64,000 bases of DNA from a virus (Duplodnaviria > Caudoviricetes), in the IMG/VR virus record IMGVR_UViG_2917752670_000006, positions 1,765-65,764 of that record. One strand, given 5' to 3'. Every line of letters starts with the position of its first letter. Within the stretch, counting starts at the first letter, position 1. This document shows positions 29,130 to 39,727 of this stretch, in pieces. The notes under the pieces are model-generated. The model saw only the letters and a program-made list of their open reading frames with translations, searched no databases and was not told the origin of the DNA. A program made the translations under genes and the position numbers.

Positions 29130-31351
29130 CTAGACAACCGCAGCCACGAGTCCGACGCCTCCAAGCGTATCCATCAGCCCAGAAAAGGCAGCAGCCAGTG
29201 CAGGGATCTCCGGAGCTAGAACGATGACGGCGATAAGTGCAATTGCACCAACTGCGACGCCCACGACCTCTGGTGAAACTTCCGGAGCACGGAATTCCCA
29301 CCCTGACTTGTGCAGGATGAACTCGTACGAGGTGGTGACGCTCAAACGCGCCTCGAATCCAGGCTGATCGGGAACTAGGTTCTCTGAAGTGGCCTGGATC
29401 TGAACCTGTGCACCCGTAGCGGTCAAGGCGTAGCCGTATGCGATATTGCCTGACTTCACAGATCCCGCGATTGCCCGAATTTGGTCAGTGAATTGGCTCG
29501 CGTTACCCGCGCCAGGAATATCAAACTCGGCGGTAGACGCTCCGATCGCGTTTTGCGTACCTGCCGTTAGAGCGCCCGAGTGGTCGACCTCGACGCTGAA
29601 GGACGTGGTCGAACCAGCCAACGCGGTTACGGTCTCAGAAACCTTCACTCTGGTGATGATGTCGAAATCGGGCGATGAGAATCTTGCGATTTCAACTTCC
29701 TTCCCATATGTCCACGATGTCGAGACAAATTTCTGCCAAAGATTGAGCGGTGACAGCACTGCCTTGACAAAGACTTCACGGCCAAGTTCAATCAGCGTTT
29801 CCTGGTTCTCCTGGATCAGCTCATCTTCAGTCTTCTTTGGAACTGCATCAAAGGTCGACACCCCACGGTCCTTGCCAGATACCGCATCTTTATCCACATC
29901 AAAATCCGGCGAGGACGTCAAGGTGTACTCATGGAATTGATCAAATGCCCAGTTCCGAGGAATTGGGTATCCGAGATTTCCTGAGAACCCTGTCGACATA
30001 TCCGCCACGAAGGAGGAGACCGAGTAGCCTGCATCTGCAACCTTCTGACACGCGTACCGTGGCGCATAGGTGCCGACCCGATAATGCTTTGTGTTTTCTG
30101 CGCCATTGTTGAAGACGGCTGAAATCTCGCGGAAGTAAGGCAGAATCAGATTGTCAATCTGGAATCCGTAAGCATCGAAATCCACGGCAAAATAGATGAT
30201 TGTTCCCTCAGGGAATCCAAGCCTACGAGCTGCACGAATTGCTGTCACAGCATCCGTCGTCCCTTGGTGGGGTCGGGAATAGTAGTCTTCCCGATACCCG
30301 CCATCTTCGTAAATTGGGAAAATGGACAGCCCAGCAGAACTAATCCTCTCGATCTCCTCCAAGTTCATGGCCTTGGGAATTTCTTCCGCACCGTAGGTGC
30401 CGGTCAGGTAGCGCCCAACGTGGCGGTAGCCGGCCTTGAAAAGGTCAGAAACTTGACTCGAGTTCAGAATCGTCGCACAGTCAGCACCTAGCGCCTTCCG
30501 GTTGGGATCTCCCATGGAAGTCAACAGACTCATCCATGTGGTCGGATCCACTTCCCCAGTGACTGGCAAGGCGTACTCGCTCTGGAAGTCGCGAACCTGG
30601 GACGCCAGCGTCGCATTCCAACGCGTACTGACTGCATCGGCATGCTGGTTGCACACCAACGCCGCGCTGGCCAGCCACACCCAGCCTTCGTCATCGCTAT
30701 TGATAGTGCGCAGGCGACTACGTGTGCCATCTCCGAAATTGCCCGTCGCCTGACCGGGGGTGAATCCCTCCAGCGCCTGGAGTACCTGGATCAGGCCGGT
30801 ATTCATCTCACGCCCATAAAGGCCATCGGTCGGCAGAATACCGGTGTAAGCCTTGTAGTTTCGGTTGATGGTCTGCTGAATGGAACGAATGGCATTCTTA
30901 CCGCCATAGGCCGAGAGCAACTTGAACTGCTTCATCGACAGCAGGGCCATCATCAGTTCCAGGTCAATCGTGGCTGATGAATCGCTCAGACCAATGTCAC
31001 TCTTGAGTGTACGAATCGAGCCCGCGACACTATTTGTGAAGCGCGTGGTGATTGCCCCATATTCTGCCGAGTAGCCCTTGCACCACAAAGAACCTTAAAT
31101 AATGGCGTACACGTTGGAATCGCCATCGCTCTGGGAAATGCCATTTGGCCAACGGTTACGGAATCGAGACTGCGTTCCAGGCCCGAAGTTGTTGGCAGTC
31201 GCGGTGATGCCCAGCTCAATCTGCAATGCCCGGATAAGCCCGTAGATGGTGTCCCATCCTGTGGCCCCATCTTCGACCACGGAGCCGAATCCAGTCTTGC
31301 CACGGTAGGTGTTGTTAAGCCACTGCTGTGTCTTGAGGACCATCTGATCCA
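29130..31351 (-). pseudogene. Peptidoglycan-binding repeats + DUF1906 (GH25-like) protein, YkuG/YbfG-like; in-frame TAA at 31095-31097
   Basis: QQWLN..DG.TGW.T..ALQIELG; VGRYL; IIYFAVDFD; TGFSGNLGYPIP.NWAFDQ; C-terminal hydrophobic tail; both ORFs in one frame. Confidence 0.8.
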
Positions 31352-31454
31352 TGAGTGCAACCTTTCTGATTGGTGTTGGTACACAAATGCCGTTCAGCCG
31401 CCTGTCGGTTAACAGCAAGGCGATGGGCGGACGTCTTGAAAACTGAGCGACGCG

Positions 31455-31560
31455 GGCGGGTCAATTCCCTGTTTGATTCGGAGTTTTCGTGCGATCGACC
31501 CCAGGCCCGCCAAGGCTGAAGCCAGGTCGTAGAGATTTCATGCCCTCTAGGGGGTCTGTA
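31455..31560. other. Putative cos/packaging-initiation region
   Basis: Non-coding stretch between HNH and terS, the usual cos position in HK97-like phages; cut site not determinable. Confidence 0.35.
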
Positions 31561-31675
31561 ATCCCCCGTATCGTCCGAACAAGCAAAAATCGCATGCGAA
31601 GCGAGGGTGGAGAATTCAAGGCGGCGTGTGGGCTGTACAGGCGATCGCGGCGGCTTAGGGGAGCAGCTTGCAGCG

Positions 31676-32053
31676 TCAGTAGGAGTAGACCCACGCTCCC
31701 TGCCTCCAGCGGTCACCATCCTTGGCTGACTGGCGGGAGTGGCAGGACTTGCACAACGCCCGCAAATTCGTGAAGTCGTGGCTGCCACCTTTTGAGAGCG
31801 GCAGGATGTGGTGAACCTCCGCCGCCGGGGTCACCCGCCCCGTGGCTAGGCATTCCTCGCACTCGGGATGCACGGACAAATACCGGCGTCGCAACCGCCT
31901 CCACGTCTCGTCGTAGCGGCGGTTGATGGCAGGGTCACGCTGATACTTCCGATACCGCTCATCCTCAGCACGCTGATGCTCCGGGCAGAACCGCTCATGG
32001 GTGAGAACGGGACAACCGGGTGCCCGACACGGTGTCTTCGGCTTGACCGGCAT
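31676..32053 (-). CDS. Packaging-associated HNH endonuclease
   Basis: CEEC..EVHHILPLSKGG.H..NL.ALCKSCH. Confidence 0.9.
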   Translation of the reverse strand: MPVKPKTPCRAPGCPVLTHERFCPEHQRAEDERYRKYQRDPAINRRYDETWRRLRRRYLSVHPECEECLATGRVTPAAEVHHILPLSKGGSHDFTNLRALCKSCHSRQSAKDGDRWRQGAWVYSY

Positions 32054-32195
32054 CCCATACCTCCACTCGCTTACGGCCTACAATCTGCCTATCAGGTGAC
32101 GGCCTGAACTGGCATGGCATGGCTTGACGGGTGACGACCCGTCCACTGGCAACGCAACCGCGTCTGTCAGTAGCCAACCTGGAAAGGGAATTGCC

Positions 32196-32414
32196 ATGTC
32201 CACCATCACGGAGTCTCGTACGCGTTACCGTGCTCGTCGTTGCGGCCTGGGATTGATGAAGTCGCGTAGCCACACCCCAAGCGATCCCAGGTACGGATCG
32301 TATTGGCTACTCGATCTGGCGATCGACGGGATCGTTGCCGGCGGCCAGTGGGGATTGAACTTGGAATCCATCAACGCATTCCTCGACGATTACGAGGCCC
32401 TGGTTGCTGCGTAG
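32196..32414 (+). CDS. Small hypothetical protein (moron)
   Basis: GAAAGGG RBS; followed by a 13-bp stem at 32427-32467. Confidence 0.55.
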   Translation: MSTITESRTRYRARRCGLGLMKSRSHTPSDPRYGSYWLLDLAIDGIVAGGQWGLNLESINAFLDDYEALVAA

Positions 32415-32643
32415 CATGCTTCCGACGTCGAGCCTCGAGAGATCAGAATTGTCGCTCGGGGCTCGACCTAGTTTGTAACCACCTACCACAGTAGGAGTCT
32501 TAGAGAGTAAACTCATCCGAGCATAGTAAAACCCGTCAACGTCTGGGTTTGTCCGTTTCACCGATGCCCATTCCCGTCGATATAGTACTAGGCAAGATAG
32601 GGCATCGCGTGCCCAATGTCGCGGTCGTCAGTAGGGGGTAAGC

Positions 32644-33159
32644 ATGAAGAGCGAAGGTCTGGTGGCCCTCGCGGTTCTCCTCTTGGCAGGTTGCACAAAT
32701 GTGCCACGCACACCTGCACAACCCGCCACTGCATCACTCCCAGCCATTCCGATTGCGGATGGTACCGTGACGCCGTCGCAGCCAACCGCATCGCCCATAC
32801 CGACGGGAACGATCGATCCAGACTCATGCCACGCTATTGACGCTGAGTTACTCGAGTTGATGAAGCTTAGGTTTGGAACACCTACAGCTACTGCGATAGT
32901 TGAAGTGGGACCTGGCAACGATCCTTCCGAAAACTGGTGGATCGTCTCAATGACCTCTCCGCCAGATGATGCCTACCGATGGGGCGAACGCAGCTTCCTG
33001 ACAAACGCGCCCGAGCATCGCGACCCTGACTCATGGACCTGGATTGTTCTTGATGACTCAGATCCATGGGCCAATGTCAACTGGGAAGGTTCCAAGCTGA
33101 GTGGAGCACGTGAAGCCTTGGCGCAGGCACGCGCCTGCCTCAAGGCTGATTCACGGTAA
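32644..33159 (+). CDS. Lipoprotein (moron)
   Basis: Signal peptide with LAGC lipobox; Pro/Thr-rich linker. Confidence 0.75.
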   Translation: MKSEGLVALAVLLLAGCTNVPRTPAQPATASLPAIPIADGTVTPSQPTASPIPTGTIDPDSCHAIDAELLELMKLRFGTPTATAIVEVGPGNDPSENWWIVSMTSPPDDAYRWGERSFLTNAPEHRDPDSWTWIVLDDSDPWANVNWEGSKLSGAREALAQARACLKADSR

Positions 33160-33517
33160 CCGTCTTGGATTGAGGCCCGCCAGAACCAGAACTCTTGAAA
33201 GTCACCTTGACAGGCCATGGGCCGTAACCGATGGCAATTGCGTCCGAGCAACGTTGCGACCCAACTGTCCAGTTCAAGCCGGTACCGTGCGGCAGCCCTT
33301 GAACCGTGCCGTAAGGCGTCTGGAGTTCAACTCCCTGCGACATCAAATAGTTGCTGCCTTTAATGACCGTGACCCGTAGCCATAGCCACCAGGAGCGGCT
33401 CCCATGGCCGAGCCTCAGTTCGAAGCGGAAATGCGGCGTACTGTATTCACCCACCGTCAAGGACTTGGTGAAAGATACGTTGTACGGATTGATGCGGTCT
33501 CCTCTAACGCGCCCCAT
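33140..33517 (-). CDS. Hypothetical beta-rich protein or fragment
   Basis: GGAGG RBS before the ATG; family not recognised. Confidence 0.4.
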   Translation of the reverse strand: MGRVRGDRINPYNVSFTKSLTVGEYSTPHFRFELRLGHGSRSWWLWLRVTVIKGSNYLMSQGVELQTPYGTVQGLPHGTGLNWTVGSQRCSDAIAIGYGPWPVKVTFKSSGSGGPQSKTVTVNQP

Positions 33518-33713
33518 GATTCCTCCATCTGGGTGTCGATTCTGAATTGAGATGCGTGGTCGAAATCAGAGGGCCCCAAGCGCTTCTGAAGGAGATTCAA
33601 GTAGCGCTTGGGGCCCAATTGTTGACCGATACCACCGTAAAGCGGTCACCAGCCGAAATCATCCGGGCTATGTGAAACTCGCAAACGCTTGGCGGTCGAC
33701 AGGTGCTAAGGCT

Positions 33714-34172
33714 CTACCCGAATAGGGCTGTTGCCAGACGGCGCACCGCTCGAGACTTCCTGGCGTGAGCCGTCGTGCGTTCCACATAGAACCGGTCAGC
33801 AATCGCCCGCACTCGCTCCTCCTGACTGACCTCGTCGTCGGCGAAGTAGAACGTGTCCAACACGAACCGGTCATCCTCGCTCAGGATCCCCCAGGCGGGG
33901 AGGAACCAGTCCATGTACTCACGTGCTCGCCGGTAGCGCTCCCGGTAGGCATCCACCCGGTCCATGCTGGCGGTGATGCGCTCTTCACCAGCTTTCGGAT
34001 TGCGGGCGTGCGGCATCCCATCCAGCCGGGGGCTTGACACCCAGTAGAGCTGGTCGGTCTCGTCCTTGATTTTCTGGTCGGTGGTTTCCAGCACCTGTTG
34101 CATGGCCGTGTAGTCTTCCAGGGCTGCCACGGTGGCTTTGTAGGTGTCGAGGTATTTGCTCATCACATGCAT
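33714..34172 (-). CDS. RinA/ArpU-like late transcription regulator
   Basis: SPRLDGMP..YMDWFLPAW..LSEDDRFVL..YVERTTA; lies between helicase and HNH. Confidence 0.7.
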   Translation of the reverse strand: MHVMSKYLDTYKATVAALEDYTAMQQVLETTDQKIKDETDQLYWVSSPRLDGMPHARNPKAGEERITASMDRVDAYRERYRRAREYMDWFLPAWGILSEDDRFVLDTFYFADDEVSQEERVRAIADRFYVERTTAHARKSRAVRRLATALFG

Positions 34173-34176
34173 TGGG

Positions 34177-35529
34177 TTAGTTCCTTTCCAGTTGGGATTT
34201 CACGGCATCAATCAGGTGCGACTGCGTGGTGTCCTTCGCCGCGAGTGCGGCCAGGACCTGTTCATCGATAGTCCCGGCGCAGGCCAGGTGGGTGATGGTC
34301 ACCGGCTGGGTCTGGTCTTGCCGGTGAAGCCTGGCGTTGGTCTGCTGGTACAGCTCTAAGGACCAGGTGAGGCTGAACCAGACGAGGAGGTGGCCGCCGG
34401 ACTGCAGGTTCAGGCCGTGCCCGGCAGAGGCCGGGTGGATCAACGCCAACGGAACCTCACCGGCATTCCACGCCTCAAAGTCTTCGGCGGTCTGGAGCTG
34501 TCTGGCCTGTGGGAAGCGGGCCTGGATACGTGCGGCGTCGTGCTTGTGCCAGTAGGCCACCAGCAGGCTCTGCCCGTTGGCTGCCTCAAGAAGGTCCTCT
34601 AATGCGTCGAGCTTGCGGTCATGCACCACGACGGCCTCACCGTTCTCGTCGTAGACCGCCCCCGTGGCCAGTTGCAGGAGCTTGCCGGACAGAGCCGCGG
34701 CGTTTGCCGCATCGACTACGGTCCCGTCCAGGTCGATGACCATGTCGCGCACGAGCTGGTCGTAGACCTTGCGCTCAGAGGAGCTCAGCTCAACCGCCTG
34801 CGTGGTGATGGTGAGCTCGGGCAGGTCCAAGTAGTCGGTGGTGCGCATCGAGAGCGTGATGTCGCTGATTGCTTCGTAGATCTCGGCCTCGACACCGGGG
34901 CGGGGCTTGTAGGAGAACACCTGCATGCCGTTTCGGCGGTCTGGGGTGAACCAGCGTTCCCGGTAGCGGGTGATGTAGCGGCCAAGACGCTCACCACCAT
35001 CCAAGAGGCGAAATTGCGTCCACAGGTCCTCCAGGCCGTTCGCGGCTGGGGTACCGGTCAGGCCCACGATCCGGTGGATGTGGGGACGCACCGCTGTGAG
35101 GGCTTTGAAGCGGGCTGCCTTGTGGTTCTTGAAGCTGGAGAGTTCGTCGATGACGACCATGTCGAACGGCCACCGGCCACCGAGGGTTTTGACGAGCCAG
35201 GGGATGTTCTCCCGGTTGATGACAGTCACCATCGCCCCCGCAGCCAGGGCATCGAGGCGCTGCTGGCGGGTGCCGACAGCGACCGCAACGGTGAGCCCAT
35301 CCAGGTGATCCCACTTATGCACTTCGGCAGGCCAGGTACCCCGTGCCACCCGCAACGGCGCAACAACCAGAACCCGGCGTGCTTGGAAGGTGTCGAGCAG
35401 GAGCTGCCAGATGGCGGTCAGGGTGATGATCGTCTTGCCCAGCCCCATGCCGAGCAGGATCGCGGCCTGCGGGTGTTCCTTGATGAAGGTGGTGGCCTGG
35501 TGCTGGTAGTTATGCGGCTGATAGCGCAC
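34177..35529 (-). CDS. SNF2-family helicase
   Basis: MGLGKT, VIDELS, GLTGTP, GHGLNLQ, QQTNARLHRQ. Confidence 0.92.
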   Translation of the reverse strand: MRYQPHNYQHQATTFIKEHPQAAILLGMGLGKTIITLTAIWQLLLDTFQARRVLVVAPLRVARGTWPAEVHKWDHLDGLTVAVAVGTRQQRLDALAAGAMVTVINRENIPWLVKTLGGRWPFDMVVIDELSSFKNHKAARFKALTAVRPHIHRIVGLTGTPAANGLEDLWTQFRLLDGGERLGRYITRYRERWFTPDRRNGMQVFSYKPRPGVEAEIYEAISDITLSMRTTDYLDLPELTITTQAVELSSSERKVYDQLVRDMVIDLDGTVVDAANAAALSGKLLQLATGAVYDENGEAVVVHDRKLDALEDLLEAANGQSLLVAYWHKHDAARIQARFPQARQLQTAEDFEAWNAGEVPLALIHPASAGHGLNLQSGGHLLVWFSLTWSLELYQQTNARLHRQDQTQPVTITHLACAGTIDEQVLAALAAKDTTQSHLIDAVKSQLERN

Positions 35530-35788
35530 GGCGCACCTCCTGGATGCCCTCTGGCCCATCCACGACCAGGCAGGTGAAACCCTGTGCGCGGAGTTGGTTC
35601 ATCCGGCGCTGCTGGAGTGGCCTGGGTCGTTTGCCGGGGGCTTTGACTTCAACGAACACGACCCGTCCAGCCCTCAGGCACAGCCGGTCTGGGACCCCAT
35701 CCACTCCGGGGCTGACGAGCTTCCAGCAGATCCCACCGTCAGCTTCGATGGCTCTTTTCGGCGTGTTTTCAACGGTTTTCTTATCCAT
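35510..35788 (-). CDS. VRR-NUC nuclease
   Basis: GVPDRL..FVEVKAPG..RPLQ. Confidence 0.9.
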   Translation of the reverse strand: MDKKTVENTPKRAIEADGGICWKLVSPGVDGVPDRLCLRAGRVVFVEVKAPGKRPRPLQQRRMNQLRAQGFTCLVVDGPEGIQEVRRALSAA

Positions 35789-35927
35789 GGCAACCTCCAT
35801 TTCGAGGGCCATGTGCAGAGGGGTGCAGGTGCAGACACTACCTTTTACATATAGATTCAACATGCACTTTTCCCACATGCGGTAAATAGGTAAATGGTCT
35901 GCACCCCTCTGCACACTCGCCCTGCAC

Positions 35928-38192
35928 TTATTCCTCGAACTCGTCTTTCAGGCGCAGCCCATAGACCTTGATCGCGGCCCGGGTCTTCTTCCGAGCGAAC
36001 CCGGCCATCTCGCAGGCGGCGTTGAAATCCACCATGGGGCGCGCCCACCCTGCTGTGGACAGCGCCCACGCCCGGTAGGCCTGGTAGAGCTCACCCGCTT
36101 TCGCTTCCGCACCGTCTTCGACCACGCACTGATCGGCCAGGAAGTGTGAGAACCAGTCGTTGTCTTCCCGGTATGCCTCGGAGGCTTCCACCACCGCGGC
36201 CGGGGCACGCAGGTAGTAGTCCTCGGCGTGGATGAGGCGCGCACCTTCCATCACCCAGGCCAGGATTGCCCCGCCAGCATGCTCGTAGAGGTAGTCGGCA
36301 TAGTTCTTCACGTCCGCATCCCCGCTGATGGTGGCCGTAAACGGGATGACGATCAGTCGCCTCCAGATGCCTGCATCCATTGCTCCCACTCGGGGCAGGT
36401 GGTTGGTGTAGAGCACGAGAGAGTGGGAGGGGGTGAAGGAGAAGGGGTCTTTGAACTTCTTCTCCGCGGCGATCTTGTCGGTGGAGGCGAGCTGTTTGAC
36501 GTTCGAGGGCGATAAGCGCACGCCTTCCTCGGTCTCTGTTGCGATGAGTAGGCGCTTGCCGCGGGCCTCAGCCAGTTCGGGTTTGACGTTGCGCCGCACC
36601 CCGACCGTGAGCGTGTCAGCACTGATGGATCCGGAGTAGGTGCCAAGCACGTGGGCGATGGTGTTCCAGAACGTGGACTTGCCGTTGCGGCCATCCCCGT
36701 AGGCGATGATGAGAGCCTCGAGCATGACTTTGCCGATCGCTGCCAGGCCACACATCCGCTGCACGTAAGCAATCAGGTCCTGATCGCCTTGGAAGGTGAC
36801 CTCGAGGGCTTGCGCCCACAAGTCCTCGCCATCGCTGGTGGGGCTGGTGGCGGTCTGGAGGGTGATGAGGTCTGCTGGGTGGTTGCCCCGCCTGGATGCT
36901 AGGCCTTCGGTGAGCTGGTAGGTGCCCTCCGGGGTACACAGCAGGTAGGGGTCAGAATCCAGATCGGAAGCGCGTACTTCGAGAAGGGGTTGGGCTTCTT
37001 TAAGGGTGGCGGCGATGTTGCGTGACTGGCGCCGCCCGAGCACGAACTTGTGGTATTCGCTGGCCTCCTGCCACTGCTGATACGCCACCGACTGCGCGCC
37101 ACTGAGCGATGCGACGCCTTTCGCTTTCGATGATGCGGCGGAGAGAGTGTCGGCGGCTCCGGTGTCAGCCATGAGGGTGTGGGCCTGGTCGAGCATGTTT
37201 TGTGCTTCGTCGAACTGGCGGGCGGTGAGCTCTTGGGCGACAGCCTGGGCGAGCAGGTCGTTTTCCACCCACACCCCACCCTCGTAGACCAGCCAGTGGG
37301 TAGACAGCGAGTAGCGGATCTTGTCGGCGTACTCGGTCGCAAGCGCTTCGGCTTGCCCCACGTCGGTGTAGTCATCGGGCTTGAGTGAGGTCAGCGCCTG
37401 GTAGACGGCCGGCTTGACGTAGGAGGGGTCTTTCGCGACACGGCCAGCAAACCTGAGCGCTGAACGCCAGATCGCTTCCAGTTCCGCACTCGGTAGGGGT
37501 GGGTCGCACAAGGCAGCCTTGCGATCGAACAAGATACGAGCCTGCTCGGTATCCCCGTAGCGGATGAGGACGCGGCCGGCGAAGCGCGACAAGGTGGCGT
37601 TACGGATGCCCTCCCTGATAGCCAGAGTGGCGGCGTCGAACGCGGCGAACGCATCCTGCTCGGCCTGGCGGGTGAGCCACTGATCGACCAGCAAGGTGCC
37701 GGTGAAGGCTTCCACCTGCGGGGTGGGGTGTCCGTAGAGGAAGCGGGCTGCATCGAGGGCCCCAGTGTCGAAGAAGTCGAAGTGGTCTGCCAGGGACTTC
37801 TTCAGGCCTGCGTAGGTGGCTGGGTCGGTGACCGGACTGATGGGAAGGTAGACGTGAAAGCGGGGTCTGGCTGGTGTTCTGTGCTTGGAGGTGTTGTGGT
37901 TGCGGGACGTGGCCGTCATGAATTCCACATCTGCCAGCAGGTCTGCCAGGTGCTGTGGGGTCACCCACTCGTCGGGGTTCTCGGTGTGGTCGTTGTCGAT
38001 GTCCGTCACCAGACAGTCCGAGGTGACAAACCCGTGGGTGGAGCGCTGGTTTCCCTGGCATTCGGCAGCAACATGGTCGAACCGGGCTGCTGCCTCCAGG
38101 TCGGCCGTATCGTTGATGGTGGCCCGATTCGGGTAGTGGGTATTCGAGGCGAGCCCGCTGGTGGTGGCGGTGAACAGGGTGAAGGTGGTCAT
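35928..38192 (-). CDS. P4/D5-family primase-helicase
   Basis: DIDNDH; RNATLSRFAG; GDGRNGKST SF3 Walker A; TNHLP..WRRL. Confidence 0.92.
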   Translation of the reverse strand: MTTFTLFTATTSGLASNTHYPNRATINDTADLEAAARFDHVAAECQGNQRSTHGFVTSDCLVTDIDNDHTENPDEWVTPQHLADLLADVEFMTATSRNHNTSKHRTPARPRFHVYLPISPVTDPATYAGLKKSLADHFDFFDTGALDAARFLYGHPTPQVEAFTGTLLVDQWLTRQAEQDAFAAFDAATLAIREGIRNATLSRFAGRVLIRYGDTEQARILFDRKAALCDPPLPSAELEAIWRSALRFAGRVAKDPSYVKPAVYQALTSLKPDDYTDVGQAEALATEYADKIRYSLSTHWLVYEGGVWVENDLLAQAVAQELTARQFDEAQNMLDQAHTLMADTGAADTLSAASSKAKGVASLSGAQSVAYQQWQEASEYHKFVLGRRQSRNIAATLKEAQPLLEVRASDLDSDPYLLCTPEGTYQLTEGLASRRGNHPADLITLQTATSPTSDGEDLWAQALEVTFQGDQDLIAYVQRMCGLAAIGKVMLEALIIAYGDGRNGKSTFWNTIAHVLGTYSGSISADTLTVGVRRNVKPELAEARGKRLLIATETEEGVRLSPSNVKQLASTDKIAAEKKFKDPFSFTPSHSLVLYTNHLPRVGAMDAGIWRRLIVIPFTATISGDADVKNYADYLYEHAGGAILAWVMEGARLIHAEDYYLRAPAAVVEASEAYREDNDWFSHFLADQCVVEDGAEAKAGELYQAYRAWALSTAGWARPMVDFNAACEMAGFARKKTRAAIKVYGLRLKDEFEE

Positions 38193-38620
38193 GGCTTGAT
38201 CTCCCGGAAGTTTGAGTCGAGGAAGCGGAGAGGGATGTCGAGGTGTCGGGCCCAGCAGGCCTCAGTGCGCATGCCAGGGCTGATGCGCGGGGCGTACACC
38301 CACATCTCCTCGCACTTGGACAGCACGATGCGGCCCATGAACATGGCGAGTTCCCGCTCGGTGGGATCGTGATCGTTCATGAATTGCGGGAAGAGCAGGT
38401 GTGGCGCGATGGGGATGCGACGGCGAGCAACTGCGGCGGCGCACATGCGGCGGGCCAGACGAATGTTGGCCTCGGTGTACCCAGAAAACGGGCTGCAGAT
38501 GTAGGCCAGGGCCCAGTATCCGAACTGGGCGCGCTGCTCACGTTTGAGCACCTCAAAGACGGTCGGGTCTGCGCACCCCGAGGCGTTCAGGCGTGGGATC
38601 GCCGAGTCGGTGGGATTCAC
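38189..38620 (-). CDS. DUF4406-like (nucleoside deoxyribosyltransferase-fold) protein
   Basis: YICSPFSG..PIAPHLLFPQF..KCEEMWV..ISPGM. Confidence 0.75.
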   Translation of the reverse strand: MNPTDSAIPRLNASGCADPTVFEVLKREQRAQFGYWALAYICSPFSGYTEANIRLARRMCAAAVARRRIPIAPHLLFPQFMNDHDPTERELAMFMGRIVLSKCEEMWVYAPRISPGMRTEACWARHLDIPLRFLDSNFREIKP

Positions 38621-39378
38621 TGGGCCACCTCGCGCTCGATCAGAGGGAGCAGACCCCGCTCGTGCTTGAGCAGGTCGTAGATGAAGAGCCTGCCCTTCTG
38701 CGTCCACTTGGTGTGCATCCAGACGTGGCCGGTGTCCGTGGTGCCGGTTTCGGACTTGGTGTAGCCCTGCTCGGCATGCTTGGCGTAGAGCAGCCACTGG
38801 CCAGAGAGCTTGAACTGCACGCCCAGCTCGGCAAGCAGAGCATTCAGCCTGCGGGCGCTCATCCCGTAGTCCTTAGCAATACGGCTGATAGCAACCGCGC
38901 CAGTCGCGGCAAGCACCTGGTCGTAATAGGTCAGCTTGGGGCGGGCCTGGGCAAGTTCCTGCTCGGCGCGGCGACGAGCAAGACGCTCATCACGCAGCCG
39001 AGTCAAGGCCTTTTCCAGCAGGTCATCGTCATCCAACAGCCGGTCTGTGGCATGCATGCCGTGGCGGCGAATCGACGGAAGGACCTCGTTAACGACCCAC
39101 GAGGTAAATGCCTTCGCTGCCGGCAGCTGCGAGGAGAAGATCAACTGATACAGGTCGCCTTCGGTGATGAAGACGGCCTCTTGCTCGCGGCCCATGCTGT
39201 CGGAGATGGGGTACCATTTCGTTACCTCCTTGCAGTGATCCTTGATGGCCTTGTTCGTGTTGGCGTATCCCAGCGCGGTGGCGGCATCCTTCGCGCAGAT
39301 GTAGATGTTCTCGCCGTCGACGATGGTGCGCAGGCTGCCGAAGTCCGGGTGGGTGTACGAGTTCAGATTGCTGCTCAT
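38617..39378 (-). CDS. Antirepressor (BRO-N + KilAC)
   Basis: FGSLRT..AKDAATALGY..WVVNEVLPSIRRHG; IAKDYGMSA..WTQKGRLFIY. Confidence 0.9.
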   Translation of the reverse strand: MSSNLNSYTHPDFGSLRTIVDGENIYICAKDAATALGYANTNKAIKDHCKEVTKWYPISDSMGREQEAVFITEGDLYQLIFSSQLPAAKAFTSWVVNEVLPSIRRHGMHATDRLLDDDDLLEKALTRLRDERLARRRAEQELAQARPKLTYYDQVLAATGAVAISRIAKDYGMSARRLNALLAELGVQFKLSGQWLLYAKHAEQGYTKSETGTTDTGHVWMHTKWTQKGRLFIYDLLKHERGLLPLIEREVAQ

Positions 39379-39444
39379 GTCGAGCCGCCTTCCTGAGAGG
39401 CGTCCTCGGCGATGCACCATGCAAAGCGCTCGTCCTCTCAGGCC

Positions 39445-39476
39445 CTAGGCGGCCAGAGGCAGCAGTTGATAACCCC
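39445..39476 (-). promoter_or_regulatory. Motif GGGGTTATCA-N13-GCCGCCT, copy 2
   Basis: Upstream of the antirepressor-primase operon. Confidence 0.65.
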
Positions 39477-39616
39477 TCAGCGTGAAATCCGGTGGCGCTC
39501 ATGGCGCAAGTGCCGTCTGGAGCAGCCCGGGGGGGGGGATGGCCTGGCGCTGGTGTTTCGCCCCCACAGTGCCCCGATCTCGTTACTGCCAGCAGACTCG
39601 GGAGTCCCTGTTCCGC

Positions 39617-39650
39617 TCACCCATGCGTCCTTGGGACAGGGCGGAACCGG
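39617..39650 (-). promoter_or_regulatory. Motif CCGGTT-N10-CCAAGGACGCATGGGTGA, copy 2
   Basis: Same as 4292-4325. Confidence 0.6.
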
Positions 39651-39727
39651 TGCGCAGTCGATGGATTCTTCTCAGTCTCCTGCCCGCCATGGACAGTGCG
39701 CGCCAGTTCTATGCGCCGGTGAGGCGG

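Noticed and set aside
424-31097. Stop-codon reassignment explaining the in-frame stops
   Set aside because: Both TAG and TAA occur, alongside deletions and frameshifts; no suppressor tRNA; normal genes also end in TAG
39529-39538. G10 tract as a phase-variation switch
   Set aside because: Not in a recognisable ORF or promoter spacer; cannot be supported without read data
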